Source: Acidobacteriota bacterium
GTDB taxonomy: Bacteria > Acidobacteriota > UBA6911 > RPQK01 > JACQSY01
Reading direction: 5' to 3'
Length of the DNA: 64,000 nucleotides
Assembly: GCA_016211085.1 (NCBI GenBank)
Contig: JACQSY010000016.1
Location: 20,501 to 84,500 of the forward strand
In this document: one piece after another, positions 10,649 through 21,152 of the stretch
Position numbering within the stretch: the first letter of the stretch is position 1
Layout of the letters: every line of letters starts with the position of its first letter
Translations under genes and position numbers: made by a program
The notes under the pieces: model-generated
What the model was told of the DNA's origin: nothing
The model's input: the letters and a program-made list of their open reading frames with translations, nothing else
The model's database searches: none

Positions 10649-11527
10649 ATGAAGAGGGTTCGAAAGGCGGTGATTCCGGCGGCCGGTTTGGGAACTCGGT
10701 TTCTTCCAGCCACCAAAGCCATTCCAAAGGAAATGCTGCCGATTGTGGACAAACCCACGATCCAATACGTGGTGGAGGAAGCGGTCCATTCTCAGTTTGA
10801 AGACATTATCTTCGTAACCAGCCAGAGCAAGAGCGCCATTGAGGATCATTTTGACTATGACTATCAGCTTGAAAAATTTCTGAAGGACCAGAATAGAGAA
10901 GACCTCTGGAAGATGGTCTCCGAAATTTCCGGAATGATAGCTATTTCTTCGGTTCGTCAGAAAAAACCGCTGGGGCTTGGCCATGCAGTCCTGGTTACGG
11001 AGGCTTTTGTAGGTGAAGAACCGTTCGGGGTTTTCCTGGGGGACGACCTCCTCGATTGCAGCACTCCCTGCATGAAGCAGTTGCGGGAGGTTTTTGAAGC
11101 GTACCACTGCACAGTGGTGGCGGTTCAGGAAGTTCCGAAAGAAGCGGTGTCGCGCTACGGCGTGGTTTCTGTAGACAGCGTTGCCGATGGAGGGGAAGGG
11201 CGGCTGTTCCGCGTAAAGGAAATGATTGAAAAACCAAGCCCTGAAAAAGCCCCGTCGAACCTGGCCATCATTGGCCGATACATTCTGACCCCGCGGATTT
11301 TCAAGTCCTTGCGTGAGACCCAGCCGGGTAAGAATGGCGAGATCCAGCTGACCGATGGAATTCGTGCCTTGATGCAGGAGGAGCCCGTTTATGCTTACCG
11401 GTTCAAAGGCGCGCGTTATGATGCCGGCAACAAGTTGGAATATCTGATGGCAACGGTGGAGTTTGCTCTACGTCATGAAGAAATCAAGGATGACTTCCGC
11501 GCTTATTTGAAGAGCTTGAAACTGTAG
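10649..11527 (+). CDS. galU: UTP-glucose-1-phosphate uridylyltransferase
   Basis: VRKAVIPAAGLGTRFLPATKAIPKEMLPIVDKP nucleotidyltransferase motif. Start taken at MKRVRKA (track ORF begins at 10601). Confidence 0.9.
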   Translation: MKRVRKAVIPAAGLGTRFLPATKAIPKEMLPIVDKPTIQYVVEEAVHSQFEDIIFVTSQSKSAIEDHFDYDYQLEKFLKDQNREDLWKMVSEISGMIAISSVRQKKPLGLGHAVLVTEAFVGEEPFGVFLGDDLLDCSTPCMKQLREVFEAYHCTVVAVQEVPKEAVSRYGVVSVDSVADGGEGRLFRVKEMIEKPSPEKAPSNLAIIGRYILTPRIFKSLRETQPGKNGEIQLTDGIRALMQEEPVYAYRFKGARYDAGNKLEYLMATVEFALRHEEIKDDFRAYLKSLKL

Positions 11528-11556
11528 CTGAGGCCGCCTGCTCTTAGCCCTTCCCT

Positions 11557-12849
11557 ATGCTCGACCGAAATTTTATCCGCGACAACCTGGATTACGTTGA
11601 GCATCGTCTGAAGACGAAAAATTTCACCTTTGAAAAACCGACCTTCATCGAGTTGGACCAGCGGGAAAAATCATTGCGCCTGGAGTGGGAGGATTTGCGA
11701 GGGCGGCGAAACCGCACCAGCGATGAAATCGCGCGGCTCAAAAAGTCCGGACACGACACCAGCACCATTGTGGAAGAGATGAAACAGGTGTCGGCGCGCA
11801 TCAAGCAACTCGATTCAGAACTGCTGGATCTTCAGGAGGCCGTGAAGGATTTTCTTTCACGGATACCCAATCTTCCTCACGAGTCGGTTCCCATAGGAAA
11901 AGACGCCTCTTCCAATGCAGTGGTCCGGCAATCAGGCACACCGCAGAACTTTGCCTTCCCCCTAAAAGACCACGTGGATCTGGGAGCTCAACTGGGCATT
12001 CTCGACCCGGAACGGGCAGCTAAGATCACCGGCGCCAGGTTTGCCAACTATTACGGAGCGGGGGCGCTACTGGAGCGCGCGCTGATTAGCTTCATGCTCG
12101 AGGTGCACACTCGCACGCACAATTACATTGAGGTGCTGCCTCCCTTCATGGCCAACCGAACCAGTTTTTATGGAACGGGGAACCTGCCCAAGTTCGAAGC
12201 GGACCTTTTTCATGTGGAGGGAACGGACTACTTTCTGGTACCCACGGCGGAAGTGCCGGTCACCAATATCTTTGCGGGTGAAATCCTGGAGGAAGAGCAC
12301 CTTCCCATCAGCCTGGCTGCCTACACTCCCTGTTTTCGCAGTGAAGCCGGTTCTTACGGTAAGGACACGCGTGGCCTCATTCGCCAGCATCAGTTCAACA
12401 AGGTGGAGTTGGTGAAGTTCGCCACCCCCGAGCAGTCCTACGAGCAGTTGGAGCAGCTTACGCGTGATGCGGAAGAAATATTGCAAAGGCTCCGGCTTCC
12501 CTACCGTGTGGTGACCCTCTCCACCGGAGATATGGGATTTTCCGCCGCCAAGACGTATGACCTTGAAGTCTGGATTCCCAGTCAGGGCACTTACCGCGAA
12601 ATCTCCTCCTGTTCCAACTTTGAAGATTTTCAAGCGCGCCGCGCCAATGTTCGATTTCGTTCCGCCTCCGGCAAAAAAATCCGCTTCGCACACACACTCA
12701 ATGGGTCGGGACTGGCGGTCGGACGCACCTGGGTCGCCATTGTTGAAAATTTTCAGAACAAGGATGGCTCCGTCTCTATCCCGGAAGTGCTGCGGCCGTA
12801 CATGTACGGCATGGAGCGAATAGTCCGTGACACTCGTGTACCCCTATAA
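11557..12849 (+). CDS. serS: seryl-tRNA synthetase
   Basis: 430 aa. N-terminal coiled-coil arm and class II core blocks ([28 protein letters not shown]). Confidence 0.95.
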   Translation: MLDRNFIRDNLDYVEHRLKTKNFTFEKPTFIELDQREKSLRLEWEDLRGRRNRTSDEIARLKKSGHDTSTIVEEMKQVSARIKQLDSELLDLQEAVKDFLSRIPNLPHESVPIGKDASSNAVVRQSGTPQNFAFPLKDHVDLGAQLGILDPERAAKITGARFANYYGAGALLERALISFMLEVHTRTHNYIEVLPPFMANRTSFYGTGNLPKFEADLFHVEGTDYFLVPTAEVPVTNIFAGEILEEEHLPISLAAYTPCFRSEAGSYGKDTRGLIRQHQFNKVELVKFATPEQSYEQLEQLTRDAEEILQRLRLPYRVVTLSTGDMGFSAAKTYDLEVWIPSQGTYREISSCSNFEDFQARRANVRFRSASGKKIRFAHTLNGSGLAVGRTWVAIVENFQNKDGSVSIPEVLRPYMYGMERIVRDTRVPL

Positions 12850-12876
12850 TAAGATCGCAGGCGTTTTGGGGCAGGC

Positions 12877-13824
12877 GTGATCAAATTCAATCTGGATAAA
12901 CAAGTCAAGCTGTCCTTTTATGATCAGATCAAAGGGCAGCTGCTCTCGGCGATTTATTGCGGGAAGATCAACGAAGGAGATCGCTTGCCTTCCATCCGCG
13001 AATTGTCGGAGTCGCTGGGGGTCAATTACAAAACCATCCGGGGCATTTATCTGCGGCTTTCACGTGAAAATTATCTGGAGCTGGTCAAGGGAAGCGGCGC
13101 TTTTCTGAAGAAGCGCAGCGGCTCTGATACTTACGACCAGATGCGCCGCCGGGCCACCTTCCGGCTCCTGGGCGAAACTTCAGAAAAAGCCCGCAATCTG
13201 GGAATTTCTCCTGAAAAGTTCGCGCAGCTTCTTTCCAACTACTGGACCGGCAACAATCTTCGGAAATTACGCCTGGCGGTCATTGATCACGAAGAAGAAG
13301 CCTTTATTTTTTCGCGGGAGCTCAAGATGCGGCTGCGGGCCGAGGTGGTGCCCATTGCACTGGGACCGCTGCCGGCTAACGGCACCGCGCGGGAAATTCA
13401 ACAATGCGATTACCTCCTGACCACCAGCTGGCACATGGAAGAGGTCTCGGCTTTGGCCGCGAGGTTTCAAAAAGAAGTCGTCGAGATCAAGCCCAGTCGC
13501 GAGATCTACAACGAAATTCTTACGGCTGCCAAAGATCGGAACGTCGCCATTGTGATCCAGGACGAGCGCACCATGCACGCGTCATGGGAAATCTTCATGA
13601 ACATTTTTTATCCGTCGACGGACAAGAAATTTTGGATTGCACCGATTCACCGCGAAGACCTGCTGAACAAAATCATCAAAGAAGCAGATGTGATTTTCGT
13701 TTCTCCGATGTGCTGGGACGAGATGCGCAAACGAGCTCCTGCCGAAAAAGAATTAAAGACGTATGAAAATTTCATTTCTGAAGAAACGATCTCATGGCTG
13801 AAAGAGCTGCAACTTCTTGGCTAG
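12877..13824 (+). CDS. GntR-family transcriptional regulator with an uncharacterised C-terminal domain
   Basis: GTG start. GntR winged-helix block LPSIRELSESLGVNYKTIRGIYLRL. I did not recognise the C-terminal ~230 aa. Confidence 0.75.
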   Translation: MIKFNLDKQVKLSFYDQIKGQLLSAIYCGKINEGDRLPSIRELSESLGVNYKTIRGIYLRLSRENYLELVKGSGAFLKKRSGSDTYDQMRRRATFRLLGETSEKARNLGISPEKFAQLLSNYWTGNNLRKLRLAVIDHEEEAFIFSRELKMRLRAEVVPIALGPLPANGTAREIQQCDYLLTTSWHMEEVSALAARFQKEVVEIKPSREIYNEILTAAKDRNVAIVIQDERTMHASWEIFMNIFYPSTDKKFWIAPIHREDLLNKIIKEADVIFVSPMCWDEMRKRAPAEKELKTYENFISEETISWLKELQLLG

Positions 13825-13891
13825 TTTCCGAGACACCGAAGGTGTCGCGTGATCGAATGCAACATGAGTTTCTCTCGGACGCGAAGCAGCT

Positions 13892-14938
13892 GTGAGTAGC
13901 TCTGCCCGCAATTTCATCCGCCGCTTGCCCAAGGCGGAACTGCACGTCCATCTGGAAGGATCGGTTACCCCTGAGCTCCTGCTCGAGCTGGGCCGCAAGT
14001 ATTCAAGTGAGTACGCCCAACTCAGCCTGCAGGAAATTCGCACCCGCCTGTTCCAGTACGAAAACTTTTCAGCCTTCTTGAACACCTATCGCGTTGTGTG
14101 TGAACACTTGCGCGAACCGGCAGATTATCTGATGGTGTTGGAACACCTGCTGCATGGTTTTCAAGAGCAAAATATCCGATATGCCGAGGTGATTTATACC
14201 CCCTCTATTGCCTGGAAAATGGGCCGCGACGGGAAGGCCATCCTTATGCAATTGCTGGATCGATGCACACGGTTTCATCCAACCAGTGCCATTAGCATCC
14301 ACTGGATCCTGGATTGTGTCAGACAGTGGGGCCGGGAGGCGGCCGACAAGACAGCCCATCTTGCAGAAGAGTTTCGGGGCCGGGGAGTTAAAGCCATAGG
14401 TCTGGGGGGAGACGAGAATTCGCTGCCGCTCGAGGGGTACCGCGAAACGTTTGCCTGGGCAAGAGCGCACGGTTTGTTTTGTCATGTTCATGCGGGAGAA
14501 ACGGGCGGGCCCGAACAAGTGTGGGGCGCGATCCACGTCCTGGGAGCCAACCGTATCGGCCACGGTTTTCAGGCCGCTCGCGACGCTGGCTTGATGGAGT
14601 ACCTCCGGGAGCATGCGCTGGGATTGGATATTTGCCTGACCAGCAATATCAAGACTCGCGCCTGGGGACTGCTTTCCTCCCATCCTTTCCAGCTGCTGTA
14701 TCGGCGCGGTGTGCCGGTGACCTTGAATACCGATGATCCAGGGCTGTTTGAAACCTCGCTGCCGCAGGAATACGAAAAAGCCGCGCAGCTCGGTCTTCAA
14801 AGAAGTGATCTAGCAAGAATTGCGCTGCAGAGCGTTCAATCCGCTTTCCTGGCCCACCCTGAGAAAACCGCGTTGATGCAGCAATTTCAGGATGAAATCT
14901 ATCAGCTGGGGAAGGAGGATGCCGAGACTTTGGGGTAA
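13892..14938 (+). CDS. add: adenosine deaminase
   Basis: 348 aa. LPKAELHVHLEGS, HAGE and LNTDDP are metal-dependent deaminase motifs. No CARF domain. Confidence 0.9.
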   Translation: MSSSARNFIRRLPKAELHVHLEGSVTPELLLELGRKYSSEYAQLSLQEIRTRLFQYENFSAFLNTYRVVCEHLREPADYLMVLEHLLHGFQEQNIRYAEVIYTPSIAWKMGRDGKAILMQLLDRCTRFHPTSAISIHWILDCVRQWGREAADKTAHLAEEFRGRGVKAIGLGGDENSLPLEGYRETFAWARAHGLFCHVHAGETGGPEQVWGAIHVLGANRIGHGFQAARDAGLMEYLREHALGLDICLTSNIKTRAWGLLSSHPFQLLYRRGVPVTLNTDDPGLFETSLPQEYEKAAQLGLQRSDLARIALQSVQSAFLAHPEKTALMQQFQDEIYQLGKEDAETLG

Positions 14939-15063
14939 CCAGCCATGGGTAGGATTGAGATGCCGCGGAGGCGGAGGAGCAAAGCGTACTGTAGGCCTTT
15001 ATAAGTTGCGGTATTTAAGTCCCTTGCCTAGGTCGGGCCTTGGGAGTATTTTGCCGTAAATTT

Positions 15064-15093
15064 TTGTGAGAAATTTGTGTCGAGTGGTATAGT
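15064..15093 (+). promoter_or_regulatory. candidate sigma70-type promoter of the sdh operon
   Basis: TTGTGA (15064-15069), an 18-nt spacer, then TATAGT (15088-15093), lying 20 nt upstream of the ATG at 15114, with GGTGG as a possible SD. Pattern match only. Confidence 0.3.
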
Positions 15094-15113
15094 GTGCGCT
15101 CGATAGGTGGTCT

Positions 15114-15884
15114 ATGGAACAGAACATTGCTGTAGGTAAACAAGGATGGTTGGGGACCGCTCGCCGTGACACGTGGTGGGTGGAGCCGTTGCTTATCCTG
15201 GTGGGCTTGAGCGCGTTTGGAATTTATTCAACTTATTCGGCGGTTTTTTGGGACTATCATTTTGAAATCGGTCCTTATCTTTCTCCCTTTTACGAACCCT
15301 TGCTGGTTTTTGACTGGTGGCCTTTTTCCCCCGCCATACTGATCCTGTGGATTCCTCTGGGATTTCGCACCACCTGCTACTATTACCGCGGCGCGTACTG
15401 GCGCTCTTTTTTCGCGAACCCCCCTGCCTGCGCCGTTACCGGCTGGGAAGGAAAAAATTACGCAGGGGAAGCCAAGTTTCCGATTTTTGTCCTGAATTTC
15501 CACCGTTATTTTATGTACGCAGCGCTATTGCTTAACGTGATGCTTTGGGTGGGAGCCGTTCGCTCTTATTGGTGGCAAGGTGAGCTGGGGATCGGTCTGG
15601 GTTCGATCATCCTCACCATCAACGCTTTCTTGTTAATGATGTATTCGCTTGGCTGCCACTCGCTTCGACACCTGGTAGGCGGGAAGCTCGATTGCTTCAG
15701 CTGTTCTTCGTGCGCGCGAACGCGTAAGCGCATATGGGACTACATCACAAGATGGAACGAACACCACAAGTTTTGGGCGTGGGTCAGCTTGATTTGGGTG
15801 GCGTTTACGGACTTTTACGTACGCATGGTTTCTTCCGGCGTCTTTAATGATCCGAACACCTGGTCCAACTTTCCTCGTCCGTAG
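15114..15884 (+). CDS. putative membrane anchor subunit of succinate dehydrogenase/fumarate reductase
   Basis: 256 aa with several hydrophobic helices and a Cys-rich segment (CHSLRHLVGGKLDCFSCSSCARTRK). It lies immediately upstream of sdhA/sdhB. Assigned mainly by context (similar to the Rv0249c-type anchor of actinobacterial Sdh). Confidence 0.6.
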   Translation: MEQNIAVGKQGWLGTARRDTWWVEPLLILVGLSAFGIYSTYSAVFWDYHFEIGPYLSPFYEPLLVFDWWPFSPAILILWIPLGFRTTCYYYRGAYWRSFFANPPACAVTGWEGKNYAGEAKFPIFVLNFHRYFMYAALLLNVMLWVGAVRSYWWQGELGIGLGSIILTINAFLLMMYSLGCHSLRHLVGGKLDCFSCSSCARTRKRIWDYITRWNEHHKFWAWVSLIWVAFTDFYVRMVSSGVFNDPNTWSNFPRP

Positions 15885-15925
15885 TCTGAGCGTCCCTCAC
15901 TCAAACCACAGATCTGGACACTACC

Positions 15926-17638
15926 ATGAGTGATTACGATCCAATTGATTTTGACGTGTTAGTCGTTGGCGCCGGCGGCGCCGGTCTTCGCGCGGCCATT
16001 GAGGCCTCGGCGCGAGGGTTAAAAACCGGGCTGGTTTGTAAATCTCTGCTGGGCAAGGCCCACACCGTGATGGCTGAGGGCGGGGTTGCTGCAGCGCTCG
16101 CCAATGTTGACAAGGACGACAACTGGCAAGTGCATTTTCGCGACACCATGCTGGGCGGAAAGATGATGAACAACTGGCGGATGGCCATGCTGCATGCCAA
16201 GGAAGCGCCCGAAGCGGTCTACGAGCTGGAACGCTGGGGAGCGGCCTTCGACCGGACCGAGGACGGAAGAATTCTGCAGCGGGCATTTGGCGGGCACAAG
16301 TACAAGCGCCTGGCCCACGTGGGTGACCGGACAGGCCTGGAGATGATCCGCACCCTGCAGGACCGGGGCGTCCATCAGGGGATTGAGGTGTTCATGGAAT
16401 GCACCATCACACACCTCTTGACGGATGACGGACGCGTGACCGGAGCGTTTGGCTATTGGCGCGAGAGCGGACGTTTTATCGTCTTTCGGGCCCGCGCAGT
16501 GGTGCTTGCCACCGGCGGCATCGGGAAAATGTATCGGATCACCTCCAATTCCTGGGAATACACGGCTGATGGTCATGCCTTGGCCTACCAGGCCGGTGCG
16601 GAGTTGATTGACATGGAGTTTGTTCAATTCCATCCCACAGGAATGGTATGGCCACCCGGAGTGCGGGGGATCCTGGTCACTGAGGCGGTGCGGGGTGAAG
16701 GAGGTCTTTTGCGCAACAGCCTGAACGAACGCTTTATGCAGAAATACGATCCTGAGCGGCTCGAGCTGTCGACGCGCGACCTGGTTTCCAAGTCCATTTA
16801 TCGTGAAGTGCAGGAAGGACGCGGTACGCCGCACGGCGGGGTCTGGCTTGACGTGTCCCACTTGCCCGCCGATCAGGTGATCAAGAAGCTCCCCAGCATG
16901 TATCACCAATTCAAGGATCTGGCTGACGTCGACATCACGCGCTCTCCCATGGAGGTGGGTCCCACCATGCATTACGTGATGGGGGGAATACAGGTGGATG
17001 CTGAAACGGGCGCCAGTACCGTTCCAGGCTTGCTCGCGGCAGGAGAATGCGCCGGCGGGATGCACGGAGCCAATCGTCTCGGCGGAAACTCTTTGTCAGA
17101 TCTGCTGGTATTCGGGAAACGGGCCGGAGCCGGGGCTGCTGAATTCGCGCGCGCCAACAGCGGCAAAGCCGGGTTTGACCCCGAGCAGGTAAGAAAGGCC
17201 GAAAGAGAACTCCTGTCTGTCTTCGAGGCAGCTCAAGGAGAATCTCCTTACGATGTGCAGATGACGCTGCAGGAGCTGATGCAAAACAATGTGGGGATCA
17301 TTCGTGAGGGTTCCAGGCTCCAGCTGGCCATCGACGAGTTGAAGAAGCTGCGAGCGCGGGCGGCCCACCTTTGTGTGGAGGGCAGCCGTCTCTATAACCC
17401 GGGATGGCACCTCGGCTGGGATTTGCGAAACATGCTGACCATCGCCGAGATTGTGGCGCGCTGCGCATTACAACGAGAAGAAAGCCGCGGAGCCCACACC
17501 CGCCTGGATTTTGAAAATACCGACAAGACGAAATGGGAAAAGCTCACGAGCTTTGCCCGCAAAAGAGACGGGCAGCTGGAAATCGGCACCAGCTCTAAAG
17601 GGGAAATGCCGCCCGAACTGAAGAGCTTGTTTGCCTGA
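15926..17638 (+). CDS. sdhA: succinate dehydrogenase/fumarate reductase flavoprotein subunit
   Basis: 570 aa. FAD dinucleotide fold DVLVVGAGGAGLRAA, plus HPTG and the active-site region ESRGAHTRLDF. Confidence 0.9.
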   Translation: MSDYDPIDFDVLVVGAGGAGLRAAIEASARGLKTGLVCKSLLGKAHTVMAEGGVAAALANVDKDDNWQVHFRDTMLGGKMMNNWRMAMLHAKEAPEAVYELERWGAAFDRTEDGRILQRAFGGHKYKRLAHVGDRTGLEMIRTLQDRGVHQGIEVFMECTITHLLTDDGRVTGAFGYWRESGRFIVFRARAVVLATGGIGKMYRITSNSWEYTADGHALAYQAGAELIDMEFVQFHPTGMVWPPGVRGILVTEAVRGEGGLLRNSLNERFMQKYDPERLELSTRDLVSKSIYREVQEGRGTPHGGVWLDVSHLPADQVIKKLPSMYHQFKDLADVDITRSPMEVGPTMHYVMGGIQVDAETGASTVPGLLAAGECAGGMHGANRLGGNSLSDLLVFGKRAGAGAAEFARANSGKAGFDPEQVRKAERELLSVFEAAQGESPYDVQMTLQELMQNNVGIIREGSRLQLAIDELKKLRARAAHLCVEGSRLYNPGWHLGWDLRNMLTIAEIVARCALQREESRGAHTRLDFENTDKTKWEKLTSFARKRDGQLEIGTSSKGEMPPELKSLFA

Positions 17639-17663
17639 GGGTGGAGCAATCGAGGAGAAGGAA

Positions 17664-18407
17664 ATGGTTCAGGAAGAAGGAAGACAAATAACCGTCCGGA
17701 TACTGCGGGGAGAAGGCGTAAAGACGCAGGAAGTCGAATATCAGGTTGCGGTGGAGCCTGGTTGGGTGGTTCTGGATGTTGTGCTGCACATCCAGGCGCG
17801 CATGGCTCCCGATCTGGCAGTGCGTTGGAACTGTAAGGCCGCCAAGTGCGGATCGTGCAGTGCGGAAGTCAATGGCAAGCCGCGCTTGATGTGTAAGACG
17901 CGGCTCGACGATCTGGATCTCACCAAACCGGTGGTGGTTCATCCCATCAAGACGTTCCCGCGCATCAAAGACCTGGTGACCGATGTCTCCTGGAATTTTG
18001 AAGTCAACAAAAAGATACAACCCTTTACGCCAAAAAAGGACGCAGCCTTTATTTACTTCCAGGAAGACATCGATCGCGTCCAGGAAATGCGAAAATGCAT
18101 TGAGTGCTTCCTTTGTCAGAATGTGTGTCATGTGCTCCGCAATCGCGAACAGTACCAACGATTCGTGGGCCCACGGTTTTTTGTGCGGCTGGCAGGATTG
18201 GAGATGCACCCGCTGGACGATGCGGACCGACTGAAGCAGATTGAAGAGGACGGCATCTTTCTTTGCAACATCACCAAGTGTTGCACCCATGTTTGTCCGG
18301 AAGACATTCACATTACCGACAACGCGATTATCCCCTTGAAGGAACGCGTGATCGACAAAAGCTACAGCTTCTGGAACTGGGTTTTGCAGCCTTTTTCATC
18401 CAAATAG
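17664..18407 (+). CDS. sdhB: succinate dehydrogenase/fumarate reductase iron-sulfur subunit
   Basis: Three cluster motifs: CKAAKCGSCSAEVNG, CIECFLCQNVC and CTHVCP. Start taken at MVQEEG behind GAGGAGAAGGAA (track ORF starts at 17631). Confidence 0.9.
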   Translation: MVQEEGRQITVRILRGEGVKTQEVEYQVAVEPGWVVLDVVLHIQARMAPDLAVRWNCKAAKCGSCSAEVNGKPRLMCKTRLDDLDLTKPVVVHPIKTFPRIKDLVTDVSWNFEVNKKIQPFTPKKDAAFIYFQEDIDRVQEMRKCIECFLCQNVCHVLRNREQYQRFVGPRFFVRLAGLEMHPLDDADRLKQIEEDGIFLCNITKCCTHVCPEDIHITDNAIIPLKERVIDKSYSFWNWVLQPFSSK

Positions 18408-19623
18408 AAACGGGAGCGCCGGCAAGCATGCGGGCCCGCCCGTACCAGCCAAGAAGTTCCGGGCGCCCCAGGGCTAAAGCTTCCGCCAGCCTTTCTTGAA
18501 GCGCCGGCCGCCTTCGCAGCGCCAGTACGGCCTTCCTCGCCGCGGCCGGGTTCTCGAACAAATCCAGCAACCGTTCAGCAAAGCGCCATGCGCTTGAAAA
18601 GTATTTGTTCCTTTTCCGTGTAAACTCGGAGAGCTCTCCGGCCAGCAGCCGATCTCGAGGAATCCTGGGCTTGAGCACGGCAAGCGCGAGACAGGCGTCA
18701 CGAAGCGCCAGGGTCATGCCCTGCCCGGTGATCGGATCCACGGCACCGGCGGCATCGCCGATCAGCAGGAGACGGTTCCCATGTGCGCGATCAGTCATTA
18801 GCGAGAGAGGGGCGGTGGCTTCAAATGTGTCAGACCCCCTGGGAAGCGCTACTCTGGAGCGCAGCTCGGGGAAAAGCTCCAGGGCAGCCTCAAAGGAAGA
18901 GCGGGCACCGCCCCGGAGCGCTCCTGCGGCCGTACCGTCGATCAGCAGCGAAATGGTGACCCGTCCTCCCCGACGGGGGGCCACGTAAGCTTCTCCCCGT
19001 GAAGTGAAATAAACCTCTACCGTTTCGAAATCATCTTGCCGGGGGCGGCCCAGCGCTCGCAGTGCAAAGCGTTTACGCCGCGGACGGCAGATGGGCACAC
19101 CGGCCAGCCGTCGTACCTCGGATCTGATGCCGTCGGCGCCCAGCAGCACCCTGGCTCGAAAACCTTGCCTGACTCCTTTAACATCTGCGAGGACCTCCAC
19201 GGCCGTTTCGCCGAAGTCAACGAACTTGACGGCGCTTCTTTCCAGCAGGGTCACGTTGGGACACCGGGCTGCCCGGGCCGCCATCTGTGCGTCGAGCTTC
19301 AGGCGGTCGACGACCAGTCCGTAGTCGTGCGCACGAAGGTGGTTGAATCCAAGCGAAAGTGCGGGCAGGCCCCCGGCGATGAGGCGAATCCCTTTAAAGG
19401 GGACACCGCCAGGGTTCCCGGCCTCCAGCATGCCTGCCTGGTGAAGCAGGCGCACACCTGAAGGCATGAGTCCTTCTCCGCAGATTTTTGGGCGGGGAAA
19501 GGACGCCTTCTCCAGCAGAAGCACGCGGAAACCGGCTGCGCCGAGGAGGTGGGCAGCAGTAGAGCCGGCCAATGAAGCGCCCGCGATAATGACGTCGAGT
19601 TCAGGCTCGGGGCTGCTCACCAT
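18328..19623 (-). CDS. FAD-dependent oxidoreductase (geranylgeranyl-reductase-like family)
   Basis: GxGxxG fold DVIIAGASLAGSTAAHLLGAAGFRVLLLEK...CGEGL, plus GDAAGAVDPITGQG. Start at the internal Met (MVSSPEPE), since the track start at 19710 would overlap the upstream peptidase. The 3' tail overlaps sdhB by 80 nt. Confidence 0.75.
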   Translation of the reverse strand: MVSSPEPELDVIIAGASLAGSTAAHLLGAAGFRVLLLEKASFPRPKICGEGLMPSGVRLLHQAGMLEAGNPGGVPFKGIRLIAGGLPALSLGFNHLRAHDYGLVVDRLKLDAQMAARAARCPNVTLLERSAVKFVDFGETAVEVLADVKGVRQGFRARVLLGADGIRSEVRRLAGVPICRPRRKRFALRALGRPRQDDFETVEVYFTSRGEAYVAPRRGGRVTISLLIDGTAAGALRGGARSSFEAALELFPELRSRVALPRGSDTFEATAPLSLMTDRAHGNRLLLIGDAAGAVDPITGQGMTLALRDACLALAVLKPRIPRDRLLAGELSEFTRKRNKYFSSAWRFAERLLDLFENPAAARKAVLALRRRPALQERLAEALALGRPELLGWYGRARMLAGAPVSIWMKKAAKPSSRSCSFCRSRVPSRG

Positions 19624-19627
19624 GCGT

Positions 19628-21028
19628 TCAATGAGGCCGCACCGCCTCTCTTGCAATTTCGAAGAACACCTCCAGGGCTTTCCGGAAGCCGTCGAGGGGA
19701 AGCCGTTCATTGTCGCTGTGGAGCGAAGCCAGAATTTCCGGCGTCACGACGATCGGCAAAAAACCGTAGGCGTAAACGCCGCGTTCACGGAAGGCGGCCG
19801 AATCTGTGCCGTAGGGGACCAGCAGAGGCGTCACGATCGTCTCGGGAAAATGCTTTTGCAGCGTGCGTTCCATCGCTTCAAACAAGCCGGTCGAGAAAGG
19901 CGTGCTCTGTTTGGCGCCCGAGTCATACAGCGCCTCGACGTTGACGGCGGAATCCTTGAGCGTTTCGTGCAGCGATTCAAGGAAAGCGGCGCTCGATTGG
20001 CCCGGCATCAGCCGGCAGTCCAGCGTGGCTGAAGCCTGAGAAGGGATCACGTTGACTTTGGCGGGCTCTCCGACGCCCGACCTCAGGCTGGTGAGTGAGC
20101 AGGTAGGGCGCTGGATGGCGCGCGTAAAAGGATTGTCTGCGAACGTGCCGATACGAGCCGTCATTTCTTTTAGCACCGGATGCTCAGTCGAAGGCCAGGT
20201 GTGATCGCGCAGGCGCTGAAGCGCGCCGACCAGGTGATCATTGGCATTTTCGGAGACCGGCTGTGAGCCGTGGCCCGACGGACCGCGGGTATTCAAGCCT
20301 AGCCACAACACCTGCTTTTCGGCGACTGAAATTCCGAAAACCGTGCGGCCGGATGCCAGGAGAGATTGAAATCCCCATCCACCCTCGTCGATGACGAATT
20401 CGGGATCCAGTTCTGAAAAGTGATTTTCGACCATCCACCGGGTTCCGGCAACGCCGCCCGATTCCTCGTCGGAAACAGCAAGGAACACAATGTCGCGGTC
20501 GCGAGGAGTCTGGGCGCGTTTGAGTTGCAGAAGTGTCATCAGGTGCACGATGCCGTGGGCTTTCATGTCCAAGGCGCCACGACTGTAGAGAAAACCGTCA
20601 CGGATGGTGGCTGCGAATGGGTCGACCGGCCACTGCTTCCGGTCGGCGGGAACCACGTCCATGTGATTTAAAAGCAGAAGCGGCTTACGCGGATTTGCGA
20701 CCGTCGCAGGGAGCCGGGCCAGCAAATTGGCTTTTTCCTGGGGCACGGACTCAAAGAGCCGTGTGGAGATACCTTCGCGGTCCAGGATGCTCTTGAGAAA
20801 TTGCGCGGCCTCCAGGGTGCGCCCCGGCGGGTTGGAGGTGTCGATCTTCAGATACTCCTGCAGGTACGTGAGGGCTTCGCCCGCGGGATCACCAGGCGTC
20901 TGCTGACCAAAAGCTGAGAGAGTGAGGCCTACGACCAAAAGGGCGAGAATGCTCCCGCGACATGCGTCGTAAGATCCAGGTGAAGGAATTTCCGCCTTAA
21001 TCGAGGGACCCGTCGGTTGTTGCGGCAC
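19628..21028 (-). CDS. secreted M20 family peptidase
   Basis: 466 aa with a hydrophobic signal-like N-terminus (ILALLVVGLTLSAFG). M20 blocks LLLNHMDVVPAD, SDEESGG and GTDSAAF. Confidence 0.8.
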   Translation of the reverse strand: MPQQPTGPSIKAEIPSPGSYDACRGSILALLVVGLTLSAFGQQTPGDPAGEALTYLQEYLKIDTSNPPGRTLEAAQFLKSILDREGISTRLFESVPQEKANLLARLPATVANPRKPLLLLNHMDVVPADRKQWPVDPFAATIRDGFLYSRGALDMKAHGIVHLMTLLQLKRAQTPRDRDIVFLAVSDEESGGVAGTRWMVENHFSELDPEFVIDEGGWGFQSLLASGRTVFGISVAEKQVLWLGLNTRGPSGHGSQPVSENANDHLVGALQRLRDHTWPSTEHPVLKEMTARIGTFADNPFTRAIQRPTCSLTSLRSGVGEPAKVNVIPSQASATLDCRLMPGQSSAAFLESLHETLKDSAVNVEALYDSGAKQSTPFSTGLFEAMERTLQKHFPETIVTPLLVPYGTDSAAFRERGVYAYGFLPIVVTPEILASLHSDNERLPLDGFRKALEVFFEIAREAVRPH

Positions 21029-21061
21029 TTTAGTTTAGAATACTACTTTGTCGATCGCTGC

Positions 21062-21151
21062 GGAGGAGTGGCCGAGTGGTTGAAGGCGGCGGTCTTGAAA
21101 ACCGTTAGGGGTTAACGCCCCTCGTGGGTTCGAATCCTACCTCCTCCGCCA
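21062..21151 (+). tRNA. tRNA-Ser (anticodon UGA), CCA encoded
   Basis: Hand-folded. Acceptor GGAGGAG/CTCCTCC, anticodon loop CT-TGA-AA, long variable arm AGGGG-TTAACG-CCCCT, T arm GTGGG-TTCGAAT-CCTAC, discriminator G, then CCA. Confidence 0.9.
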
Positions 21152-21152
21152 A
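21123..21152 (+). repeat. 30-bp direct repeat, left copy (attL-like; tRNA-Ser T-arm/acceptor/CCA)
   Basis: CGTGGGTTCGAATCCTACCTCCTCCGCCAA is identical to 35543-35572. Confidence 0.75.

Noticed and set aside
13892-14938. Whether the adenosine deaminase could be a Cad1-like (CARF-deaminase) type III effector.
   Set aside because: It has no CARF domain and a standard Add length and motifs. It lies 6 kb outside the island among housekeeping genes.
16019-17065. Long antisense ORFs inside well-supported genes. Examples are the 348-aa ORF opposite sdhA, and 12067..12693, 14069..14800, 17595..18311, 36425..37177, 48868..49674, 50191..50817 and 61229..61960.
   Set aside because: They are high-GC shadow ORFs with Arg/Pro/Gly-rich, low-complexity translations, and each lies fully within a gene that has clear family signatures on the other strand.
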